The translations under genes and the position numbers were made by a program. Positions 9,487 through 16,594 of a stretch of DNA of 64,000 nucleotides are shown here, piece by piece. Below the pieces are notes generated by a model. The model had not been told where the DNA came from and searched no databases. It saw only the letters and a program-made list of their open reading frames with translations. Numbering within the stretch: the stretch's first letter is position 1; each line of letters begins with the position of its first letter. This DNA comes from Candidatus Scatomorpha gallistercoris (GTDB lineage: Bacteria; Bacillota; Clostridia; Oscillospirales; Oscillospiraceae): contig DVFX01000015.1 in NCBI GenBank assembly GCA_018713005.1, positions 10,699 through 74,698 on the forward strand, given 5' to 3'.

Positions 9487-10011
9487 TCAATCCTTGACCG
9501 GCTCCACCTGGTCGAGCTCCAAATCGACCGGAGTTTCGCGGCCGAACATGGAGACGACAACGCGCACGCGGTCTTTCTCCGGCTCGAGCTCCTCGACCGT
9601 GCCGAGGAAGCCGTCCAGCGGGCCGTCGATGACCTTGACCGTGTCCCCGACCTCGAAGCCGACGACAATCTCGTGCCTTTCGACGCCGAGGTCGTAAATC
9701 TCCTGCTCGGTGAGGGGGATGGCCTTGTTGGACGCGCCGACAAAGCCGGTCGCGCCGCGCACGTTGCGGACAAGATGCCAGCTCTCGTCCGTCATAATCA
9801 TCTTGATGAGGACGTATCCGGGGAACACCTTGCGCTCATAGGTCTTTTCACCATTGTCGGTGTGCTCGGTAACGGTCTCCATCGGAATGTTGACCTCCTG
9901 GATGAGGTCGGTCATTTTGCGGTTCTCCGCCGCCTTCATTACAGCGGCGGCAACGGCGTTTTCATATCCCGAGTATGTGTGGACCACATACCATTTCGCC
10001 TCGTCAGCCAT
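9487..10011 (-). CDS. nusG: Transcription termination/antitermination factor NusG
   Basis: The N terminus has KWYVVHTYSGYE and the C terminus has a KOW motif (GDTVKVIDGPLDGFLGTVEE). Confidence 0.95.
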   Translation of the reverse strand: MADEAKWYVVHTYSGYENAVAAAVMKAAENRKMTDLIQEVNIPMETVTEHTDNGEKTYERKVFPGYVLIKMIMTDESWHLVRNVRGATGFVGASNKAIPLTEQEIYDLGVERHEIVVGFEVGDTVKVIDGPLDGFLGTVEELEPEKDRVRVVVSMFGRETPVDLELDQVEPVKD

Positions 10012-10016
10012 CGCGC

Positions 10017-10286
10017 TTACACCAGGTCGATGAGGGTCTGGACTCCGAGGGAGGCCAGAGTGTCAAAGAGCCAGAGAGCCACGGCGGCCACGGCCATCAT
10101 AGCCAGCGCCACGCCGGTGTTGGTGGCCACCTGCTTGCCAGTAGGCCAAACGACCTTCTTGACTTCGCTCCTGAACTCGCGGAACCATTTGCCCACGCGC
10201 TTGAAGAAGGGAAGCTTCTCGTCGGTCTTCTTAACGGCGCTGGTAGAGGTCTTGGCGGGGGCGGAACTCTTGTTTGCTTCTGCCAT
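10017..10286 (-). CDS. secE: Preprotein translocase subunit SecE
   Basis: It is small, with a single C-terminal TM helix and the motif EVKKVVWPT. It sits between rpmG and nusG. Confidence 0.85.
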   Translation of the reverse strand: MAEANKSSAPAKTSTSAVKKTDEKLPFFKRVGKWFREFRSEVKKVVWPTGKQVATNTGVALAMMAVAAVALWLFDTLASLGVQTLIDLV

Positions 10287-10310
10287 TAGACTGAAAACTC
10301 CTTTCGCGCC

Positions 10311-10472
10311 TTACTTAGTCTCGTTGTGGACCGTGTACTTGCGGCAGCGGGGGCAGTACTTCTTCATCTCAAGACGGTCAGGCGTGTTCTTCTTGTTCTT
10401 GACCGTGAAGTAGTTGCGCTCCTTGCATTCGCTGCACCTGAGTATAACTTTTACTCTTGCGCCAACAGCCAT
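10311..10472 (-). CDS. rpmG: 50S ribosomal protein L33
   Basis: The product is [53 protein letters not shown] (53 aa). The upstream extension of the tracked ORF was rejected. The RBS is AAGGAGGTG. Confidence 0.9.
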   Translation of the reverse strand: MAVGARVKVILRCSECKERNYFTVKNKKNTPDRLEMKKYCPRCRKYTVHNETK

Positions 10473-10601
10473 TTGTTCGGCACCTCCTTGTAGTATTGGC
10501 CGCGTTTCGGCGGCCTTGTTGCCTCCCTGATGGGACCGGGACAGCCTGTCCGGGCAAAAAATTGCGCACGAAAACAGCCCGTCCGGCCGACAGGTAAAAT
10601 T

Positions 10602-10630
10602 AGTATAGCACCGGCGAGGCGATAGGTCAA
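10602..10630 (-). promoter_or_regulatory. Sigma-A promoter for rpmG-secE-nusG (TTGACC-17-TGcTATACT)
   Basis: Read on the minus strand it is TTGACCtatcgcctcgccggtgcTATACT. It lies about 125 nt upstream of the rpmG ATG. Confidence 0.6.
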
Positions 10631-10734
10631 TCATTATTTTTTGTCAGGACAGGTATTTTTTCGAGCCGGGCGGGACAAAAAGTTTGAGTTAGTTCATTTT
10701 GACTTAACACGCAGTTCATAAGTGCCAGGTATAT

Positions 10735-10975
10735 TGTAGATGCTGACAGGGAAGTCAGTAAGAACGCGGTCACCGGGGGTGCCACGCGCGCCGTGCGCGA
10801 GGGGTCAGAGACCCGCGCTGCCAGAGGCGCTGCGCCCTGGAGACCTGCCTGATAAGCTTAAGCAACACGGCTACTGCCCGCCGGGAAGGCTTGCCCTTCC
10901 GAAGAGGCAGACCAAAGACAACGCCATACGGCGATTATATAAAAAGAGGACGGCTGAAACCGTCCTCTTTTCGCG
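10735..10975 (+). ncRNA. Candidate structured RNA of unassigned class, either a folC leader/riboswitch-like element or an sRNA
   Basis: This is a GC-rich island in an AT-rich intergenic region with at least five local helices. It has a B12-box-like GCCCTGGAGACCTGCC (10834-10849) and ends in a hairpin plus T tract. I see no credible ORF here. Confidence 0.35.
10941..10975 (+). terminator. Rho-independent terminator or attenuator 68 nt upstream of folC
   Basis: The stem AGAGGACGG/CCGTCCTCT has loop CTGAAA. It is flanked by AAAAA upstream and TTTT downstream, so it could act in both directions. Confidence 0.6.
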
Positions 10976-11042
10976 TCCGGATAATTCTTCTTCCAAACTC
11001 GGCGCCGTGATGGTATAATCACGGCGTAAACGGAGGTGCCGC

Positions 11043-12317
11043 ATGGATTATCAATCGGCTTTGAAATACATAGAGGGCGTGTCCTGGCTGGGCTCGCGTC
11101 CGGGCCTGGAGCGCATAGGCGAGCTGCTTGAACGCCTTGGGCGCCCACAGGACGCCCTGCGCTTCGTACATGTCGCCGGGACGAACGGCAAGGGCAGCGT
11201 CTGCGCCATGCTGCGCTCCGTCCTGAGCGCGGCGGGATACCGCGCCGGGCTGTACATATCTCCGCATCTCGCGCGCATGAACGAGCGCATGAGCATTGAC
11301 GGCGCGGACATATCCGACGATGAATTCGCCGTGAGCACACAGGAGCTCGCCGCGGCCGCGCGCGGCATGGCCGAGCCCTGCACTCAGTTTGAGCTCACGA
11401 CCGCGCTGGCCCTGTACTGGTTCGCCAAGAAGCGCTGCGACATAGTGGTCCTGGAAACCGGTCTCGGCGGCAGGCTCGACGCGACTAACGCCATCGGTGT
11501 GCCGGACTGCGCCGTCATCACTAATATCGGCCTCGACCACACCGCCGTCCTGGGCGGTACGCTCGAGCTCATTGCCGCCGAGAAGGCGGGCATATTCAAG
11601 GGTGGGCGCGCCGCCGCCTACGACCTGCCGGAGAACGTCAAGGCCGTTCTGCGGGGGAAGGCCCGGGCTGCCGGCACGGATTTGCGTTTCGCTGATTTCT
11701 CACGGCTCGAGCGGCTTTCCGACGGGCTGGACGGGCAGCAATTCAGGTACCGTGGTGAGGAGTACGCCATACGGCTGCTGGGCGCGCACCAGCTCGCCAA
11801 CGCGGCGGCTGCGCTTGAGGCGATAGGCCAGCTGCGCCGTGGCGGCTGGGAAATATCCGAAGAGGCGGTGCGGAGCGGCCTGGCCTCGGCCTCGTGGCCC
11901 GCACGGTTTGAGCGTGTGCTCACCGGGCCGGACTTCGTCATCGACGGCGGGCATAACCCTCAGTGCCTGACGGCCACGGCCGAGGCGCTGCGTAGATATT
12001 ATCCGGATACGCGCCGCGTACTGCTCTTCGGCGCGCTTGCCGACAAGGACTGGCAGGACATGGCGCGGCTGCTCATCCCCGTTGCGGACGAGTTCGTCTG
12101 CGCCACCCCGGAGAGTGAGCGCGCGCTGGACGCGGCCACGCTCGCGGAGTTCCTGCGCGGTGAGGGCTGCCGGGCCGAGGCGTATGACACAATCGAGGCC
12201 GCGGCCGACGCCGCATACAGGCGCGCCGCGCCGGACGGCATGGCCTGCTGCGTCGGCTCGCTGTATATGGCGGGCGCGGCGCGCTCTTATCTGTTGGGAA
12301 GGGGGAAGCAGGAGTGA
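11043..12317 (+). CDS. folC: Bifunctional folylpolyglutamate synthase / dihydrofolate synthase
   Basis: It is a Mur-ligase-family protein with the P-loop VAGTNGKGS, and FolC-typical motifs are present throughout. Confidence 0.9.
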   Translation: MDYQSALKYIEGVSWLGSRPGLERIGELLERLGRPQDALRFVHVAGTNGKGSVCAMLRSVLSAAGYRAGLYISPHLARMNERMSIDGADISDDEFAVSTQELAAAARGMAEPCTQFELTTALALYWFAKKRCDIVVLETGLGGRLDATNAIGVPDCAVITNIGLDHTAVLGGTLELIAAEKAGIFKGGRAAAYDLPENVKAVLRGKARAAGTDLRFADFSRLERLSDGLDGQQFRYRGEEYAIRLLGAHQLANAAAALEAIGQLRRGGWEISEEAVRSGLASASWPARFERVLTGPDFVIDGGHNPQCLTATAEALRRYYPDTRRVLLFGALADKDWQDMARLLIPVADEFVCATPESERALDAATLAEFLRGEGCRAEAYDTIEAAADAAYRRAAPDGMACCVGSLYMAGAARSYLLGRGKQE

Positions 12318-12322
12318 GAATT

Positions 12323-12751
12323 ATGGCTCTCGACTACGGCGACGCGCGCACGGGCGTTGCAATATCCGACGAGCGCGGCATACTCTGCGGCGAGACGCTG
12401 GTGATTGCCGAGTGGAATGAAGAGAGGCTTGTCAACCGCATCGCAGCTCTGGCGGCGGACAAGGGCTGTGCGCTGGTGCTGCTCGGCCTGCCGCTGAACA
12501 TGGACGGCAGCGAGGGCGCGCGCGCGGCAAAGTGCCGGGCCCTGGCGGATTTGCTCACAGCCGCCGGCGCGCCGGAGGTGCTGCTGAGAGACGAGCGGCG
12601 CACGAGCGTTGAGGCGCACAACATACTGCGCGCCAACGGCAAGCGCGAGAAAAAACACCGCCAGAGCGTTGACGCCGTTGCCGCCCAGCTGATACTTGAG
12701 ACCTATCTCGGCAGCGCGGACAACGCGCGCCGGCAGGGCAGAGGCGGATAA
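12323..12751 (+). CDS. ruvX: Holliday junction resolvase-like nuclease RuvX/YqgF
   Basis: The N terminus is MALDYGDARTGVAISD. The start is at ATG 12323, 8 nt after AGGAG. Confidence 0.9.
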   Translation: MALDYGDARTGVAISDERGILCGETLVIAEWNEERLVNRIAALAADKGCALVLLGLPLNMDGSEGARAAKCRALADLLTAAGAPEVLLRDERRTSVEAHNILRANGKREKKHRQSVDAVAAQLILETYLGSADNARRQGRGG

Positions 12752-12753
12752 GC

Positions 12754-12792
12754 AATCCTCCCCGCGTTAAATTGGACGCGGGGAGGATTTTT
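12754..12792 (+). terminator. Rho-independent terminator after ruvX, also the left copy of a repeated palindrome
   Basis: A 13-bp stem AATCCTCCCCGCG/CGCGGGGAGGATT is followed by TTTTT. It is weaker as a minus-strand terminator. The arms are identical to those of the hairpin at 15496-15529. Confidence 0.75.
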
Positions 12793-12797
12793 AGAGG

Positions 12798-14219
12798 TCA
12801 ATCACCCTTGCGGTTGTGCAGTATCTGGCAAATGCTTTCTATGCGTGTCCGCAGGGCCTCTTCGCTGTATTCGCGATCGTCCCAGAAGTCCGCCTCAATG
12901 TAGAAATGGGGGACACCGGTGGCTTCCTGTACTATTTCGGAGCACATTTTTTGATGTGCGCCTAGCCAGCGATCAAAGTCAAAGAAGCCCATTATCATGC
13001 CGTCGGGATGATTTGCCTGTACCTTTTCGATCATAGACTGGGCTTCGTAGCCCATGTTCTGGCCCAACGGCATTTTTAGCCACTGTTCGGCCATGCCCAT
13101 ATACGGGTCATCTCCATATTCCGAGGGTTTCATCTGGCTTCTGCTCGGGGTCAGCGTCTGGCTGAAGGTTGTGGCTACGCCGTTTTCGCGGAAGATGCGG
13201 TCTATCCAGGGGATGCACCAGGGTACGAAATAGAAGCCGACCTTCGGAGAGCCCTTGGGAAGGATGCCTTCGCCGGATTTGACCGCCGCCTGGAGTTCCT
13301 TGATGAGAATGTCTATGGCCTCCTCAAGGTATTTGTAGCCGTTGTTGAGCGGTACGCCGATGCCGTCCTGGAAAAGCACCAAGGAGGCTCCGCCTACCGG
13401 AACGGGGTCGCTGTTGCAGACGAGGTTGCCGAGTATGCCGAGCTTAAAGAGGTAGCGCCCGGAGTCGGCAAGAGCCTGCTTGAAATCCTCCTCAGTCGGA
13501 TAGATGCCGGTTGCCTCGCTGATGGACTCAATGTCAGCCTTGATGACCTGGCTGAGGTACTTTATGCGGCTGTACTCGTCGTCGCACTCACCGTAATATG
13601 TGTCGTGAGGCACACGGCTGACAACGTATTTCCACTCTTCGCCTATGAGGCACTGTATGAGCTCGTCCGTTTTCGGCCCCTCGTCACAGTTAAAGCCCCA
13701 GCTCCATATGATATCTGGAGATGCTATAATGTCGGTTGCATACGCGGCCAGGCGGGTCTTGTTCAGCGGGCAGTGACGGCAGCCGTAATTGAAGCCGAGC
13801 TCTTCGGCCTTCGTTATGATGGGACCGGCCTTGTGGAAAAAGCCGTTGAGTGTTTTGACCAATATCAGGTCGGGGAAAGAGACGTGTACGTTATCTCCTC
13901 CTGCACGCTTAAAGGCGGTGTACGGGGTGACGACGGCAGGAAGTATGCCGTAGATTATTTTCTTGCCCTCCGCCTTGTACTGCTTTGTGTGAGCGACCTC
14001 GATGAGCTCCCGGGTCCAGGCGCCGATGAGCTTGCGGACGCCGCGATATTTGACGTCCCAGTTTGCGGGAATGTACTCCTCAACTGCATAGCGCACGTCA
14101 TCGTCGCTCAGACCGAGCGTGTCTGCGGTTTCCAACCAGCGAGGCATTATCTTCTCAAGCTCCTCGCCCTCAAATCCGGCCAGCTCCAGGAACCTTGCGT
14201 TTATCTCTTTGCCTGCCAT
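12798..14219 (-). CDS. 2-hydroxyacyl-CoA dehydratase family protein, large (HgdA/HadB-like) subunit
   Basis: At 473 aa, its length and sequence pattern fit the BcrC/BadD/HgdB superfamily (…GCRHCPLNK…, …FNCDEGPK…, C-terminal …FYIEADFWDD). It is adjacent and translationally close to a second family member. Confidence 0.8.
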   Translation of the reverse strand: MAGKEINARFLELAGFEGEELEKIMPRWLETADTLGLSDDDVRYAVEEYIPANWDVKYRGVRKLIGAWTRELIEVAHTKQYKAEGKKIIYGILPAVVTPYTAFKRAGGDNVHVSFPDLILVKTLNGFFHKAGPIITKAEELGFNYGCRHCPLNKTRLAAYATDIIASPDIIWSWGFNCDEGPKTDELIQCLIGEEWKYVVSRVPHDTYYGECDDEYSRIKYLSQVIKADIESISEATGIYPTEEDFKQALADSGRYLFKLGILGNLVCNSDPVPVGGASLVLFQDGIGVPLNNGYKYLEEAIDILIKELQAAVKSGEGILPKGSPKVGFYFVPWCIPWIDRIFRENGVATTFSQTLTPSRSQMKPSEYGDDPYMGMAEQWLKMPLGQNMGYEAQSMIEKVQANHPDGMIMGFFDFDRWLGAHQKMCSEIVQEATGVPHFYIEADFWDDREYSEEALRTRIESICQILHNRKGD

Positions 14220-14220
14220 C

Positions 14221-15387
14221 TCACTTGCCCTCCTTCAGATTTTCCACAAAGCTTTCGACACGGTTGCTGAGCGGCCCCATCTCCTCACGCGAATAGGAGT
14301 AGGCTGTCTCCAGCTTGAGCAGGGGAATATCCATTTCTCCAAGCCATTTGGCCACGCAGGTATATTCCATGTCGTATATCTCGTCGAAGGCCAGCTGATA
14401 CCAGATGACGCCGTCGGCCTTGCCGGCGGACAGCAGCTCCTTCATGCGCTCAAAGCGCTGCTTCCAGGAGGGCTGGAAGAGGTTTATGGGCAGCTTGTCC
14501 AGGTAGCGGCTACGGGCAAAGCTCTCAATAAGGTCGCCGCTGGTGTCGACGTCGCACTCAGCTGCGCGGACTCCCTCGTCAAACATGTCTACAGGTACGG
14601 CGCAGCCGCAGCCGTCGAGCAGCCTCGGAAGCGTATAGTCGCCTGTCGCTATCACGCGCCCGGCCACCAGGACCCTCGGCGCATCCGCCGGCAGCCCCGC
14701 GGAGCCGTCGGACTCCAGCTGCGAACACAGAGACTCAAGCTCTTCGGCAAAAGACTCCGGATCGCCGGACAAAAAGCTTAGATGCTGCAGGCGCATGTAG
14801 TTTTCAAAGCCTATTGCGCAGCGCTCACGGCGGCGAAGGGCGTCAAGACGACGGAAGCCGGCGTTTATGCGGTTGGAGACCTCAAAGTTTTTAACGGCAG
14901 CTTCACGGTCCGGAGCCTTGCCGGTGACAGCCTCAACACGCTTCATAAGCTCTCTGAGCGAGTTGACATAGTAGCCGTATGCTATAGGCTTCTGCCAGTC
15001 GGCCGGTACGCCTAACTTGGCGAGCTTTACACCTTTGAATTCCAGCAGCTCGCTGATGCGGCCCACATGGCAGTCGGTTTCGGCCACGGTTACGAGATCT
15101 GCCTCCGGGGTAATAGGGTCCAGACCGAGCTCCAGGTATCCGGCCATTGAGCGGGCCAGCGGGTTCATGAAGCGGAGCATATAGTCCAGCACTGCCTCGG
15201 TGGGCTCAGGATCCCCGCCGCGGCACATAAAATATGTGTTCGCGCCTGAGGCCCTTATCATTTCCTCGGGGATAAAGACGCTGTTGTACTCGATTAGAGG
15301 TGTTCCCTCACGTTTCTCGCGCACCAGCTCCTTTACCCGCTGCTTGGACTGGCGGCTCAACTCCCGTACTGTACTGTTGATGTCCAA
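14221..15387 (-). CDS. 2-hydroxyacyl-CoA dehydratase family protein, small (HgdB/HadC-like) subunit
   Basis: It is 388 aa and of the same superfamily (…TDCHVGR…, …DGCGCAVPVDMFDEG…). The start is a TTG 8 nt after AAGGAGG. Its stop lies 1 nt before the next gene. Confidence 0.8.
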   Translation of the reverse strand: MDINSTVRELSRQSKQRVKELVREKREGTPLIEYNSVFIPEEMIRASGANTYFMCRGGDPEPTEAVLDYMLRFMNPLARSMAGYLELGLDPITPEADLVTVAETDCHVGRISELLEFKGVKLAKLGVPADWQKPIAYGYYVNSLRELMKRVEAVTGKAPDREAAVKNFEVSNRINAGFRRLDALRRRERCAIGFENYMRLQHLSFLSGDPESFAEELESLCSQLESDGSAGLPADAPRVLVAGRVIATGDYTLPRLLDGCGCAVPVDMFDEGVRAAECDVDTSGDLIESFARSRYLDKLPINLFQPSWKQRFERMKELLSAGKADGVIWYQLAFDEIYDMEYTCVAKWLGEMDIPLLKLETAYSYSREEMGPLSNRVESFVENLKEGK

Positions 15388-15444
15388 GATGTGTTCCTCC
15401 TTATATATAAAATAAACATAATTTCATTTTTTATCATGTAAATA

Positions 15445-15473
15445 ATTATAATCTTCGCCGATACTGCTGTCAA
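15445..15473 (-). promoter_or_regulatory. Perfect-consensus sigma-A promoter for the dehydratase genes (TTGACA-17-TATAAT)
   Basis: Read on the minus strand it is TTGACAgcagtatcggcgaagatTATAAT. It sits in a roughly 110-nt AT-rich spacer. Confidence 0.7.
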
Positions 15474-15495
15474 GTTAATAACAAATAATATATAA

Positions 15496-15530
15496 AATCC
15501 TCCCCGCGTTCAGTTTAACGCGGGGAGGAC
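15496..15530 (-). terminator. Rho-independent terminator after the 15534-15944 gene, also the right copy of the repeated palindrome
   Basis: The stem TCCTCCCCGCGTT/AACGCGGGGAGGA is followed on the minus strand by TTTTATATATT. It shares the exact 15-nt left arm and 12-nt right arm with 12754-12787. Confidence 0.7.
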
Positions 15531-15533
15531 TGT

Positions 15534-15944
15534 TTATTCGTTTACCAGATAGGTGGCAGATTCCGGCGAGCAGATTTCCACGGCGAGCTCACGGCATTCG
15601 CCGCCGACGTCCGCGTAGCCGCAAAAGCGCGCGCGGTCAAGGCCGAAGTGCTCGTCCATGACGTCGAGCCGCAGCTCCGGGCAGCGCTCGAGCAGCTCTG
15701 AAAGCGGGAGCTTTTCGCCGCAGAAGGTCCCAAAATTGCCGCGAGGAGAGAGAATGTACGCATAGCTCTCGCTCCATTTTACGGCGTGGAAAACAACGCG
15801 TCCGGAGCTTGTCATGTACGGCGGCTCCGGAGACTGCATGCCGTACTCGGTGATGAGGGTGAGCGCATCTCCGCTCACGGAAAAGCGCACGGGCATGTCA
15901 TGCAGGGAATAGGGCGGCTCGGTAAAGGCGTAGTGTTTTTCCAT
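15534..15944 (-). CDS. Hypothetical protein
   Basis: The ORF has a GGAGG RBS 5 nt before ATG 15944 (MEKHYAF...). I recognised no domain. Confidence 0.5.
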   Translation of the reverse strand: MEKHYAFTEPPYSLHDMPVRFSVSGDALTLITEYGMQSPEPPYMTSSGRVVFHAVKWSESYAYILSPRGNFGTFCGEKLPLSELLERCPELRLDVMDEHFGLDRARFCGYADVGGECRELAVEICSPESATYLVNE

Positions 15945-15994
15945 TGCGTCCTCCAAATCTTTTTTTGCCCTCGCGGCGGCCTGGAGTGGCGGGA

Positions 15995-16513
15995 TTACTT
16001 TTTCAGCTCAGGGATGTCTATCTCGGCCGGGTCGTCGGGGGACTCGACAAGCTCCCAAATGTCGCCGTTGGTGGCGAGGTCGCCGATGACGGAGAGGGGC
16101 TGCTTCATATAGCGGGCGTGGCCGGTGGCCGCGACTGTTCCGTCGGGCAGGATTATCTCGCCCTCGCCGTCGAAGATGAGGCGGGTGTTGCGCGTAACAC
16201 GCCCGGTCACTATGAGCGGTACGTCGTAGGGAACGGGGTGGCGGTAGCGCACATTGATATCTGCGGTGACGGCCCAGGTGTCCGGCTCGCTTACATTTAT
16301 GGCGCGGCCCATCGTCTCGTCGAGCATGGAGCAGATGACGCCGCCGTGTACGCGTCCGGGGTAGCTCTGGTGCTTGAAGTCAGCGGTTATAAGCGCGGCG
16401 ATGGAGCCGTCCTCGAGCTCGTAAAAATTGGAGTGAAGGCCCCAGTCGTTGTTTATTCCGCAGACAAAGCAGTTGCCGGAGCTGTTGTGCTTGCGCACGA
16501 CTTTCTTTTTCAC
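15995..16513 (-). CDS. PaaI-family (hotdog-fold) acyl-CoA thioesterase
   Basis: It contains FVCGINNDWGLH...GRVHGGVICSMLDETMGRA. The start is taken at GTG 16513, 7 nt after AGGAGGG. Confidence 0.8.
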   Translation of the reverse strand: MKKKVVRKHNSSGNCFVCGINNDWGLHSNFYELEDGSIAALITADFKHQSYPGRVHGGVICSMLDETMGRAINVSEPDTWAVTADINVRYRHPVPYDVPLIVTGRVTRNTRLIFDGEGEIILPDGTVAATGHARYMKQPLSVIGDLATNGDIWELVESPDDPAEIDIPELKK

Positions 16514-16594
16514 GTCTATCCCTCCTACATGACAGGCGGGGGAACCCCTGAGGGCTCCCCCGTATCCCGCGTTTGCGGATGTCAATCTGTCTCG

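Noticed and set aside
10735-10975. I considered assigning the folC-upstream element to the cobalamin, THF, TPP, glycine, SRP, 6S or RNase P RNA classes.
   Set aside because: Only partial motif resemblances were found: a B12-box-like 16-mer, a GTAGATG start as in THF aptamers, and a CCGAAGAGGCA segment loosely like the glycine riboswitch core. The order and the remaining core motifs do not fit any class I can recall. The element is left unassigned rather than named.
10740-11018. A 92-aa ORF lies in the rpmG-folC spacer.
   Set aside because: It has no SD, its composition is Arg/Pro/Ala-rich, and it reads through a strong hairpin terminator. It is better explained as non-coding structured RNA.
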